A stretch of 62,688 nucleotides of DNA, the filler included. It is 6 parts of 6 records of this genome, joined end to end, with 100 filler letters (N's around TTAATTAATTAA, not from the genome) between each part and the next. Parts side by side here need not be neighbours in the genome. Positions count along the whole stretch, not along the records: positions 27,763 to 35,211 come from SRR20825019_359; positions 35,312 to 42,006 come from SRR20825019_360; 4 more parts are not named here. The stretch is one strand, 5' to 3'. A model generated the notes under the pieces. The model did no database searches. It had not been told where the DNA came from and was given only the letters and a program-made list of their open reading frames with translations. Below are positions 31,366-40,941 of the stretch, piece by piece. The position numbers and the translations under genes were made by a program. Each line of letters opens with the position of its first letter. Position 1 is the first letter of the stretch.

Positions 31366-32412
31366 ATGGCTAAGAAAAAATTAGGCTTTCTCGACAGAAA
31401 TCTTACACTTTGGATTTTTGTCGCAATGGCAATAGGTGTTGGGATTGGGTACTTTTCCCCATCATTTCCAAATATCATAAATTCATTCAGTAGCGGAACG
31501 ACCAACATACCCATTGCGATAGGTTTGATATTGATGATGTATCCCCCTTTGGCAAAGGTCAATTATTCGCTGTTGCCCAAAGTTTTTAGAAATACAAAAA
31601 TCCTTTCCATATCTCTTATTTTAAACTGGATAATCGGTCCTGTTTTAATGTTTATTTTGGCAATCACGTTTTTACGCGATTACCCCGAGTATATGGTCGG
31701 ACTTATCCTAATAGGCTTGGCACGTTGCATTGCAATGGTCTTGGTGTGGAACGACCTCGCTGAAGGAAGTAGCGAATATGGTGCTGGTCTGGTCGCTTTA
31801 AACAGCATTTTTCAAGTATTTGCATATAGTTTCTATGCGTGGATATTCATAACTATACTTCCGCCTTATTTTGGGTTTGAAGGCGCTATCGTTGATATTT
31901 CAATAGGTACGATTGCAGAGAGCGTGGCTATTTATTTAGGTATTCCGTTTGTTATGGGAATATTGAGCAGATTAATCTTGGTAAGGTTGAAAAGCGAAGA
32001 GTGGTACACTAAAGAATTCATTCCGAAAATTTCGCCCATAACCTTGATTGCACTTTTGTTTACAATTGTTATAATGTTCTCGCTCAAAGGCGAACTGATT
32101 GTAGAAATCCCGATGGATGTAGTAATTATTGCAGTCCCATTGCTCATCTATTTTACCCTGATGTTTATCATCGGCTTTTTCTTTACCAAAGCCACAGGTG
32201 CGGAATATGATAAAACTACTTCCGTGGCGTTCACAGCAGCTGGGAATAATTTTGAATTGGCTATTGCTGTTGCCATTGCAGTTTTTGGGTTGAATTCTGG
32301 ACAGGCTTTTGCAGGTGTTATTGGACCTTTAGTGGAAGTTCCAGCATTAATACTATTGGTTCGGGTTTCCTTTTGGTTGCGGAAAAAATATTATGGAAAA
32401 GTCGAGGTTTAA
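31366..32412 (+). CDS. acr3: Acr3-family arsenite efflux transporter
   Basis: [46 protein letters not shown]. Confidence 0.95.
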   Translation: MAKKKLGFLDRNLTLWIFVAMAIGVGIGYFSPSFPNIINSFSSGTTNIPIAIGLILMMYPPLAKVNYSLLPKVFRNTKILSISLILNWIIGPVLMFILAITFLRDYPEYMVGLILIGLARCIAMVLVWNDLAEGSSEYGAGLVALNSIFQVFAYSFYAWIFITILPPYFGFEGAIVDISIGTIAESVAIYLGIPFVMGILSRLILVRLKSEEWYTKEFIPKISPITLIALLFTIVIMFSLKGELIVEIPMDVVIIAVPLLIYFTLMFIIGFFFTKATGAEYDKTTSVAFTAAGNNFELAIAVAIAVFGLNSGQAFAGVIGPLVEVPALILLVRVSFWLRKKYYGKVEV

Positions 32413-32436
32413 GTTGCTAAAGAAGTAGATTTTCTT

Positions 32437-32483
32437 TTATCACCAGCTTTGGTATCAAAAGCAATCCAGATTAAAAGTTCACG
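32437..32483 (+). repeat. Imperfect direct repeat, copy 1
   Basis: TTATCACCAGCTTTGGTATCAAAAGCAATCCAGATTAAAAGTTCACG; 40/47 identical to 35165-35211 by hand alignment. Confidence 0.8.
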
Positions 32484-32500
32484 TTTTAGATTTATTCATT

Positions 32501-32520
32501 ATTTAAGTATTTGCTTAAAT
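32501..32520. promoter_or_regulatory. Probable operator of the second ArsR/SmtB regulator
   Basis: ATTTAAG-N6-CTTAAAT inverted repeat upstream of the regulator gene. Confidence 0.55.
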
Positions 32521-32563
32521 AATATAATAATGATATATTTGTAGCCACTTTAAATCAAAAAAG

Positions 32564-32935
32564 ATGAGCTTGGAAATAACCTGTACACGGAACGAAGCAG
32601 ACAAGAAGCAAATATCGAGATGTAAGGAAACCATAGAGAATTCTTCAGGTAGCTTAGAAGCAATAAGCAAAATTTTGTCTCTTGCGGGAAGCGAGGTACG
32701 ACTGAAAATTCTATTTCTATTGAACATAGAGAATGAACTGTGTCCTTGCGATATTGCTGACATTCTTGAAATGAGTGTTCCTGCCGTATCCCAGCATATC
32801 CGAAAAATGAAGGATGCGGGAATTATTACATCGAGACGTGAAGGGCAAACATTGTATTATTCGCTGGTAAAGAGTGAGGACAATGTTTTGAATGGAATTT
32901 TCAATTCAATTTCGACAAGAAAGAAAACAGCTTAG
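32564..32935 (+). CDS. ArsR/SmtB (CadC-like) metal-responsive regulator of the mer-like module
   Basis: N-terminal Cys residues, ELCPCDIA box, AVSQH, RREGQTLYYSL. Confidence 0.85.
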   Translation: MSLEITCTRNEADKKQISRCKETIENSSGSLEAISKILSLAGSEVRLKILFLLNIENELCPCDIADILEMSVPAVSQHIRKMKDAGIITSRREGQTLYYSLVKSEDNVLNGIFNSISTRKKTA

Positions 32936-32947
32936 AAAGTTTACATT

Positions 32948-33571
32948 ATGGCACCGAATAAAACTTCAAATACCGCGACCTATACCGGCATTTTTACCGC
33001 AGTTGCAGCATCAATATGTTGTATAACCCCTGTCTTGGCATTAATTGCTGGAACAAGCGGAATTGCATCTACCTTTTCTTGGGTCGAGCCATTTAGACCC
33101 TATCTTATCGGCTTGACCATTATTGTCTTGGTGTTTGCCTGGTATCAGAAACTGCGGCCGAAAACACAGGAAGAAATAGATTGCGCCTGTGAAGATGATG
33201 CGAAACCATCGTTTTGGCAATCCAAACGGTTCTTATTGATAGTAACACTATTCGCCGCATTGATGCTGGCCTTCCCGTACTATTCCAATCTATTTTATGC
33301 ACAGCCCACCAAGGATATTGTCTATGTCTCTCAATCGAATATCAAAAAGCAGACTTTTGAAGTCGCTGGAATGACCTGTGCAGGCTGTGAGGCACACGTA
33401 GAAAACGAAGTCAATAAGCTGGATGGAATTATTTCGGTCAAAGCCAGCTACGAATATGCCAATACCATAGTGGAATTTGACAAGACCAAAACCGATTTGC
33501 CTGCAATCCGAAAAGCTATAGAAAGCACCGGCTATAAAGTTGTCGAGAAAACCACTAAAGAAAATAAGTAG
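32948..33571 (+). CDS. MerT-MerP fusion mercuric transport protein
   Basis: ASICCITP in TM1, EPFRPY, DCAC loop, C-terminal HMA domain GMTCAGC. Confidence 0.85.
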   Translation: MAPNKTSNTATYTGIFTAVAASICCITPVLALIAGTSGIASTFSWVEPFRPYLIGLTIIVLVFAWYQKLRPKTQEEIDCACEDDAKPSFWQSKRFLLIVTLFAALMLAFPYYSNLFYAQPTKDIVYVSQSNIKKQTFEVAGMTCAGCEAHVENEVNKLDGIISVKASYEYANTIVEFDKTKTDLPAIRKAIESTGYKVVEKTTKENK

Positions 33572-34918
33572 ATGAAAAAATATGATGTTTTCATTATTGG
33601 TTCGGGTATGTCAGGTATGACAATCGCCAATAAATGCGCTTCAAAAGGTCTTTCGGTGGGCATTACTGATGAACTGCCTTATGGTGGCACCTGTGCCCTA
33701 CGAGGCTGTGACCCAAAAAAAGTGATTATCGGTGCCACGGAAGTACGCGACTTCGCTAAAAGACTTAAAGGGAAAGGCATTGATACCATTCCGAATATCA
33801 ACTGGAGGGATATAATGGCGTTCAAACAGACCTTTGTTGATGAAATGCCGAGGAAAATAGAAAAGGGGTATAAGAAGAACGGAATCGACACCTTTCACAA
33901 TTCCGCTACGTTTATAAATGAGAATACCTTAAGTGTAGGTAACGAGACCATTCAAGCTGATAAAGTTGTAATTGCGTCAGGTTCAAAACCAAAAGTTTTA
34001 GATTTTGAAGGCGGACAGCTTGCGAAAACGAGTACGGATTTTCTAAACCTTAAGGAATTACCCCAATCCCTGCTTTTCATCGGTGGTGGATATATCGCCT
34101 TTGAATTCGCGCATATTGCCGCACGTTCTGGTGCCGAGGTAACAATAGTACATCGAGGCAAACGTCCGTTGGAAAACTTTGACAAGGATATTGTAAAACA
34201 TTTGGTCGATGCCACAGGTAATTTAGGTGTTAAGCTCGTTCTTGAAACTGAAGTTTCTAAAATTGAACATAAAGATGACAACTACATTACTACAGGAATT
34301 TCAAACGGAAAGGAAACTAACTTCAAATCGGCAGAAGTATTTAATTCCGCTGGTCGTCCCCCAGCCATTTTTGATTTAGAATTGAAAAAAGCAGGTATAT
34401 CCTTCTCAAAAAAGGGGATAGAGGTCAACGAATACCTTCAGAGCAAATCGAACGCGAACATATATTCAGCTGGCGATGCAGCGGACTCAAGAGGATTGCC
34501 CCTAACACCCGTAGCTGTTTTGGAAGGACACGTCGTAGCTTCAAATATCATTAAAGGAAATAAGAAAAAAGTCAGTTATCCCCCAATGCCTTCAGTAGTT
34601 TTCACTTTGCCCACTATGGCAACCGTTGGCCTATTGGAAGATGATGCCAAAGAAAAGGGATATGATATCAATGTCAATTTTGAAAAAGTGGATAATTGGT
34701 TCAATGCGAGACGCCTGAATGTGGATGAATATGCTTATAAAACAATCATCGATAAAAATAATAATACCATTTTGGGCGCGCATCTGATCGGACCTCATTG
34801 TGAGGAAACCATCAATCTTTTCGCAATGGCGATAAAGACCAAGATGACCATAAGCGATTTGCGGACAATGGTATTTTCATATCCTACAATGGCATCTGAC
34901 CTAACCTATATGCTCTAA
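33572..34918 (+). CDS. Pyridine nucleotide-disulfide oxidoreductase (GR/MerA superfamily, MerK-like)
   Basis: IGSG.SG, redox CALRGC, GGGYIAFE, AGD, ends YPTMASDLTYML without a terminal CC. Confidence 0.8.
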   Translation: MKKYDVFIIGSGMSGMTIANKCASKGLSVGITDELPYGGTCALRGCDPKKVIIGATEVRDFAKRLKGKGIDTIPNINWRDIMAFKQTFVDEMPRKIEKGYKKNGIDTFHNSATFINENTLSVGNETIQADKVVIASGSKPKVLDFEGGQLAKTSTDFLNLKELPQSLLFIGGGYIAFEFAHIAARSGAEVTIVHRGKRPLENFDKDIVKHLVDATGNLGVKLVLETEVSKIEHKDDNYITTGISNGKETNFKSAEVFNSAGRPPAIFDLELKKAGISFSKKGIEVNEYLQSKSNANIYSAGDAADSRGLPLTPVAVLEGHVVASNIIKGNKKKVSYPPMPSVVFTLPTMATVGLLEDDAKEKGYDINVNFEKVDNWFNARRLNVDEYAYKTIIDKNNNTILGAHLIGPHCEETINLFAMAIKTKMTISDLRTMVFSYPTMASDLTYML

Positions 34919-34927
34919 CTATTATTT

Positions 34928-35137
34928 ATGGAAACTACAATATTAAAATCTACGATCACCTGCCCTGAATGCGGCCACAAAACAGAAGAAGAAATGCCAA
35001 CCACGGCCTGTCAATTCTTTTATGAATGTGATAATTGCAAACAAACACTAAAACCAAAAGAAGGGGATTGTTGTGTATTCTGTTCTTATGGTACTGTGGC
35101 TTGTCCGCCGATTCAAGAAAATAAAAATTGTTGTTAA
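34928..35137 (+). CDS. GDCCVxC-domain small Cys-rich protein
   Basis: ITCPECG, MPT.AC..FY.C..C, GDCCVFCSYG, terminal CC. Confidence 0.85.
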   Translation: METTILKSTITCPECGHKTEEEMPTTACQFFYECDNCKQTLKPKEGDCCVFCSYGTVACPPIQENKNCC

Positions 35138-35164
35138 AAAGCCATACTATAAATTCACTTCCTC

Positions 35165-35211
35165 TTATCCCCAGCTTTAGTATCAAAAGCAATCAAATTA
35201 AAAAGTTCCCG
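35165..35211 (+). repeat. Imperfect direct repeat, copy 2 (contig ends here)
   Basis: TTATCCCCAGCTTTAGTATCAAAAGCAATCAAATTAAAAAGTTCCCG. Confidence 0.8.
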
Positions 35212-35311
35212 NNNNNNNNNNNNNNNNNNNNNNNNNNNNNNNNNNNNNNNNNNNNTTAATTAATTAANNNNNNNNNNNNNNNNNNNNNNNNNNNNNNNNN
35301 NNNNNNNNNNN
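35212..35311. other. Artificial contig spacer
   Basis: N44-TTAATTAATTAA-N44. Confidence 0.98.
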
Positions 35312-35414
35312 CATAAGCTGCCTTGCCAAAATAGGACAGCAGTAGTGGTGGCGGTGTTGGTAACCGACAACGACACGTTTTATTTGACATGGCTGTTGGG
35401 GTGTCAATGTGAAT

Positions 35415-36404
35415 CTAGTAGCGGCGTTGGACGACGGTCTTCTTGTTGGTGTTCCTGGCAGAGTTGTTACCAAAGCTCCTTGTCGATGAGTTGGTGGTGG
35501 TGGCGGCGGCGCCATCTACACTTACCACACTCGCACTTCGTGAGTTTCGTCTCGATGAGGTGTTGTCACTGGGGGCAAAGGATATTTGGGTGTCGGTACG
35601 ACGCTGAGCCTTCATACCAGGTGCGGTCGCAGTAGTAGAGGTAGCCCCTCCTCCTCCACGGAAGTGATTAGCGGCATCCTCATTCTCATCACCGAAGATG
35701 GCGTGGTCGGTATCACCTCCCTCCTCGGTTGTGGGAGGGAAGGCACCACGACCAGTAGTAGGGGTGCTTCCAGAGGCCTCAGAGGAAAGAGTAGAGAAGA
35801 CATCGTGTCGATCGTTGTCTCCCAACCTCTGCCAGCAGGATCGCACGAACTCAGGATCCTTCAGCTTTAGGATAGGGATAGCCTCACCGATGCTGGACTC
35901 GAGAAGTGTCATGACGGCCTTGAGACGAAGGAGGAGTGTTTGGTGAAGACGCCACTTGGCAGCGGACTGATCCCTATTATCGTCTTGTGCCAAGAAGGTG
36001 AACTTATCAACGAGAGCCGTACAAAGCTTGCAGACGCGTGAGAGGGTCTCATCGACGGCACCAGTACCTCCAGCAGATGCGAGACGGTACCCCACCCATT
36101 TTACGGGGAGCAGCTCCTCGATTTCCTCGGGGGTGCTACAGGAATGTGCCATATCTACAAAATACTTATCCTCCTCCCCCCATGAGACATCCCAGCAATC
36201 AACTGGCTTAGAGAACCCCAAGAAGGCCCTAGCGGCATCCGCATCCCACCCTGCCAACAAACCACTAGAGATAGCAGAGGGGTTGCGGTAGGAGACGAAG
36301 GGGCCGGTGATGAGGGCGTCGTTGGGGTCTAACATGGGGAGGGGTTTGGATCCATACACGCGTGTCTTGGCAGTACTGTGAGGTAGTACGTTGTTGAGAG
36401 ACAT
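35415..36404 (-). CDS. Hypothetical eukaryotic protein
   Basis: Long intronless ORF; ATG at 36404 follows a pyrimidine tract and AG on the minus strand; no family recognised. Confidence 0.6.
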   Translation of the reverse strand: MSLNNVLPHSTAKTRVYGSKPLPMLDPNDALITGPFVSYRNPSAISSGLLAGWDADAARAFLGFSKPVDCWDVSWGEEDKYFVDMAHSCSTPEEIEELLPVKWVGYRLASAGGTGAVDETLSRVCKLCTALVDKFTFLAQDDNRDQSAAKWRLHQTLLLRLKAVMTLLESSIGEAIPILKLKDPEFVRSCWQRLGDNDRHDVFSTLSSEASGSTPTTGRGAFPPTTEEGGDTDHAIFGDENEDAANHFRGGGGATSTTATAPGMKAQRRTDTQISFAPSDNTSSRRNSRSASVVSVDGAAATTTNSSTRSFGNNSARNTNKKTVVQRRY

Positions 36405-36617
36405 GTCGTGTTGTTGTGTTTGGGAATCTAGTAGAACAATAAAACTTTGGAAGGAAAACAAAAGGGAGGGGATAGGTACACTCAATTAATTTCAACAACA
36501 ATCACATCCAGATGGTGTAGAAATAAAATTTAAAAGCATGCGTGGGAAAGCAACGAAATGTACAAAATAAACGTGCCAGGAACATGTTGGGAAACTATAC
36601 ACAGCAGATATGAATTT

Positions 36618-39158
36618 CTAGATCCAGGCCGGTTGTGGGCTGCGACGGGAGTTTTCATAGGAAAAGGAGTTTTCGCGGTTAGATGATGGGGATACCCCTC
36701 CTCCGCCACCAAACACTCCTCCCCCACCCCCTTCACTAACAGCATCATACACAACACTACTAGCCCGGAGCTGGTGTCTAAGAGACCTCGCCGCCGACCC
36801 TCCTACTACTAGCCCATCAGCAACGGCAGTGGTAATGGACATACTGCGCCCAGAGTGTCCAAGCCCCATGCCCATAGGATGGTGACTTACAGATGAAAGG
36901 AAACCATTGGACCGAGGTGTACCAATACTTCTAGGCGTAGAGGCACCCATAACAACGTGTCGGAAGGGATCATCGGGATCATCATCATTAGTAGGGGGTC
37001 GTGCGTCGTCATCGACGTGATCGAGTACGTTTATTTCCTCGATACTGTCCATCATGGACGTGCCAACGCTAACAATATCATAGCCTGCTACACCACCTCT
37101 AGTCGGGGACTCAACAGCAAGGATCCCATCACCCTTGCTCCCATCTCCTGTTGGGACATACTTGTGGTTTTGTGTTTGTTTGTGATGAGGTTCGGCGCTA
37201 GATCGGGCAGTGCCCGCAAGACCTATCATCGCCAGCTGTGGGAATGGTGACAGTGGGGATGCAACATCACCCCCAGGGAGGGTCATATGATCCTCATCAC
37301 TATCCTCATCGTCACTCGCCTCAGTCCTCAAGTAATGATGTGTGTGCTGTTTGCTGGGTTGGGGATGCTGCTGTTGTTGTGGTAGGTGGGTAGCGATGCT
37401 ATCCTTGTAGGCAGGGGTATTGTTGTATCGATCTCGCACCGAGTCAAAGGGGGGAGCATCCGACTCATCCATTGCAGCCCCACTCATAAACATAACAGCT
37501 GGCATGGGTGTAATACGCTGCTGCTGATGTTGTGTCTGTGGTGGAAATTGGAAAAGAGCAGGTGGCGATGTACTCGGAGAGGGATCAAATTGTTGGTTTT
37601 GTTGTTCTGTACTCCCAGCTCGATATAGCTCTGGTGAGAAGCCTCCACCACCACCACCACCACCAGCCTCACCAATAGAACATGGGGAATATACGGATGC
37701 AGTGGCAGTAACCGGTGTGGTTTTGACAGGTGAGGGTATGGTTGGCTCGGTGGTGGTGGATTGGCGCCGCGGAGGCTGTATCTCTATAGAGGGCGAGTGG
37801 TTGTTGGCGGTGGTACTACCTCTCCTATCATTGGTGGTAAAGACCTTAGCTGTGTGGCTCACACGATATTGTTCCTTGTTTTCGATCATCGGCAGGGTGT
37901 TGTTGGAATTAGCATCGTATTTATCAAGCGATAATGCAAGGAGTACAAGCTCCGTACGGTGGTACCACCATGTCTTACTTCCCAACTTTTTACCAACATC
38001 CGCACCGACACCATCTTCAAAGAACTGTACCTTAACTCTCGCACCACTCACTTTTGTAACCACTCCCACATTATCGCAGTAGAGGAGTTTTTTCACAGGT
38101 GGGGGGGAGGGGTCATGTTCGTCAGATACTCGACACACCAACCCAGGCACCGCGCACTTAAGCTGCTGCCCTCGTACATTACCGACACTGGAGGCTGCTG
38201 AAGAAGATGATGAGGAGGAGGATGCAATCCTACCAACTCCATGTTGTTGTTGCTGAGTGTCGGAATCAATTTCCAGATACGTGGCTGGATGTAGTGCAGC
38301 TGCTACTTTTTCTGTACTGTTATTATTATTTACCGGAGAGCCAAAACCACAGTTGGGACAACAGAATTTTGATTGTGGTGGAAATGCGGTACTAGTGGGT
38401 ATGGTGCCATGTTGTTGTAGTAGGGCTAATGTGTTCTGGAGCTGTGCCCCGGCTGGTGTACTAGCATCGAAATACCTAGCAGGGTGGGTAGTATTACCTC
38501 CTATCTGGTTTTGTTGTCGTTGTAGTGGTGCAGCTGATGGCGATGGGGTGCTACTGTCGGGGGTGATCTCCTTGTACCGTTCCCTCCCACTAATGGGTAC
38601 CGCAGACAGATGCTCATCAATGAAGTTATTTACGGACTGTAGCACCTTCATTGAGCAATGTAAAGTAGTAGGTGTAGTAGTGATGTTCGGTATAGATAGG
38701 TTGGGATCGGCGTAGCTGTAGTTAGGATGAAGGGTGGGTCGTTGGGTAGGAGGCGCAGGGAATCGGTGACCCTGGTAGTCATCAGCATCTCCATCATCGT
38801 CGTCATTGCGTCTGGGTCGAGGAGAGAGGTCGTCCATTTTCGGAGAGGGTTGTTGTTGATTGTTGGACGTCTTACCCCATCCTTCAATGTTCCAATCGGG
38901 GAACTTATTTCGTAAATCTGCCAACTTCTCCCTAAACTTCAACTCCAACTTCATGGATTGGGAATCTCCAGCTTTGGAGGATGAGGGAATTTTTCTAGAT
39001 TCCGAAATTTGTGTCTGAGTAGGAGGAGGAGGGGTATACGTTTCAGTGTATTTTATGACAATGGTCCGTTCAATGGTAATGGTTGCTGGTGAAGGGTATG
39101 TTGTTGCATCCCCATGTTGATCGGGAGAGGTGGCTCTTGGTGGGTGCAACATGGACAT
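36618..39158 (-). CDS. Hypothetical low-complexity eukaryotic protein with one possible SH3/KOW-like module
   Basis: 846-aa ORF rich in P/Q/S/T runs; globular-looking segment DNVGVVTKVSGARVKVQF...KTWWYHRTEL. Confidence 0.65.
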   Translation of the reverse strand: MSMLHPPRATSPDQHGDATTYPSPATITIERTIVIKYTETYTPPPPTQTQISESRKIPSSSKAGDSQSMKLELKFREKLADLRNKFPDWNIEGWGKTSNNQQQPSPKMDDLSPRPRRNDDDDGDADDYQGHRFPAPPTQRPTLHPNYSYADPNLSIPNITTTPTTLHCSMKVLQSVNNFIDEHLSAVPISGRERYKEITPDSSTPSPSAAPLQRQQNQIGGNTTHPARYFDASTPAGAQLQNTLALLQQHGTIPTSTAFPPQSKFCCPNCGFGSPVNNNNSTEKVAAALHPATYLEIDSDTQQQQHGVGRIASSSSSSSSAASSVGNVRGQQLKCAVPGLVCRVSDEHDPSPPPVKKLLYCDNVGVVTKVSGARVKVQFFEDGVGADVGKKLGSKTWWYHRTELVLLALSLDKYDANSNNTLPMIENKEQYRVSHTAKVFTTNDRRGSTTANNHSPSIEIQPPRRQSTTTEPTIPSPVKTTPVTATASVYSPCSIGEAGGGGGGGGFSPELYRAGSTEQQNQQFDPSPSTSPPALFQFPPQTQHQQQRITPMPAVMFMSGAAMDESDAPPFDSVRDRYNNTPAYKDSIATHLPQQQQHPQPSKQHTHHYLRTEASDDEDSDEDHMTLPGGDVASPLSPFPQLAMIGLAGTARSSAEPHHKQTQNHKYVPTGDGSKGDGILAVESPTRGGVAGYDIVSVGTSMMDSIEEINVLDHVDDDARPPTNDDDPDDPFRHVVMGASTPRSIGTPRSNGFLSSVSHHPMGMGLGHSGRSMSITTAVADGLVVGGSAARSLRHQLRASSVVYDAVSEGGGGGVFGGGGGVSPSSNRENSFSYENSRRSPQPAWI

Positions 39159-39623
39159 TTCGCGGTAAACTAAAGATTTGAGTGTGACGAGTAGTGGAGT
39201 GTGTGTTTGTGTTGGAGTCTAGATAACGGATGAGCGCCTAATACGGGAATTAGAAAATGGGACAATGGAATAACAGAAACGTAATCAAAGATTTGAAAAG
39301 GTGACAGTCATGACACCATCACGAGGATGTGTCCAGAAAGAGGGGTGATCAGGTAATTTTTTGGTATCTCATCAAGAGGGATGGTTTTATCATTTTCTGT
39401 GAACAGTTGTCAAAGTGCACACAATACTACCTTATTCTTCTGTGTGTTTAAACAACGAAGAAAAGAAGTAGGAGCACAATACAAACAATGGCACAACACA
39501 ATCTTTTAGCACGCGCTGGAAAAATACGATCGCAATTCTTGGTTCTTCATCACTCTTTCTTTAAAAGAAGAAAGAAGAGGAAGGGCCTTTTGCTCTTTGG
39601 ACAGGAGAGACTCGGAACTATAT

Positions 39624-40760
39624 TTAGTTCTTGATGGTGGGGACGGGGAAGGAGGTATCGAAAAGGATACCGCACTGTCCGCACACGTGCTGGGTGGCAG
39701 GGAAGGGAGCGCAGGCAACTCCGTCAGCGGGGCTGTTGTCAGTTCCACACTGGGCAACATCGTCGCGCTTGAGGCGGATGTAACCGTGCTCACCGAAGGT
39801 GGCGGACCAGGAGTTACGAACGAGCCAGTACTTGCCGAAGGAGAGATCAGTGCCGTATCCGACGAGCTGCACGACGTGGTTAATGGTGATGGAGGCGTTG
39901 TAAGCGCAGCCGTCGAAGACTCCGCTGTTGTAGAAGTGCCAGTTGGTGGCATCGACGTTGACGGCGAGGGGGCCGGTACCGGCGACGGTGGCGATGACGG
40001 TATCCTGATCGTTCTCGGGGAGCTTCACGAAGTGGTCAATCTGGACGGGGAGGGGGCGCTTGGTGCTGTCGGTGCAGTTACCAGTCTGGCCGTAGTAGGA
40101 GGTGAAGGGGTAGGTCCACTCCTCAGCGACACCACCGGCGGCGTGGGCGTAGTCGTAGGCGAGGTCAGCAGTGGCTCCCATGCATCCACCGGTACCACCA
40201 CACTGGTTGGGGTTCATGGTGCAGGAGGTGATCTGCTGGTTGGAGAGGGTGAAGAGGTTTCCGTTGACGATGGCCTCCATAGACTCCATGGACTCGGTGG
40301 CGGCCTGGGCCCAGCAATCTCCGCACATGCCCTGGTTCTTGACGGCGCTGATGACCTGGGGGACACGGTTACGCCAGTCCATGGAGAAGGGGACGGGGTT
40401 GGTGTTGGCGGCGACCTTGGGGAGGTTACGAGACTTGATGGAAGACAGCTGCTTCTTGGCGTTGGCCATAGTGGTGGCACGGCCTCCGTTGAGGGCACGG
40501 CGCTCCTCGGCGGTCCAGTCGGCCATGTGGTTGAGGGTCATGGTCCAGCTGCGCTTCTGGGCGTTGTGGGCAAGGACCTGGGCCTTGTTCTCCTCGAAGA
40601 TGCGACGACGGGTGGAGAACTCGTTCTGAGAGTAGACGCGGTTGTGCTCGGCGGTGAACTTCTCGAAGCTGTAACCCTGGATCTCGTGGAGCTGGGGCTT
40701 GGCCTCGGTGGTGAGAGCGCAGCCAGCCATCAGCATGGCGGCAATGACGACAGCCTTCAT
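39624..40760 (-). CDS. Papain-family (C1A) cysteine protease with I29 prodomain
   Basis: Signal peptide, E...R..IF..N and N.MADWT prodomain, DWR, QGMCGDCW, GCMG, NHVVQLVGYG, YWLVRNSW. Confidence 0.93.
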   Translation of the reverse strand: MKAVVIAAMLMAGCALTTEAKPQLHEIQGYSFEKFTAEHNRVYSQNEFSTRRRIFEENKAQVLAHNAQKRSWTMTLNHMADWTAEERRALNGGRATTMANAKKQLSSIKSRNLPKVAANTNPVPFSMDWRNRVPQVISAVKNQGMCGDCWAQAATESMESMEAIVNGNLFTLSNQQITSCTMNPNQCGGTGGCMGATADLAYDYAHAAGGVAEEWTYPFTSYYGQTGNCTDSTKRPLPVQIDHFVKLPENDQDTVIATVAGTGPLAVNVDATNWHFYNSGVFDGCAYNASITINHVVQLVGYGTDLSFGKYWLVRNSWSATFGEHGYIRLKRDDVAQCGTDNSPADGVACAPFPATQHVCGQCGILFDTSFPVPTIKN

Positions 40761-40941
40761 GGTTGTGTGTTGGTAATCTGTGTTCAGTACAAAGAGAAAG
40801 AGAGGGCGAAAGAGATTATTATTTGAAGTATATTACTGATTTAAATTTAAGGTTGCCAAAAATTGAAATAAAATGTAAAATTGTAAAGGTTCGGTATCTA
40901 GGGGAGGGGCACTGCTCATGAAGTTGTTGCTGAAACTGTTG

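Noticed and set aside
33572-34918. Calling this gene merA
   Set aside because: No C-terminal CC pair and no NmerA domain, so it is left as a MerK-like oxidoreductase.
39597-40826. 409-aa Gly/Val-rich ORF on the plus strand
   Set aside because: Antisense shadow of the strongly codon-biased cysteine protease.
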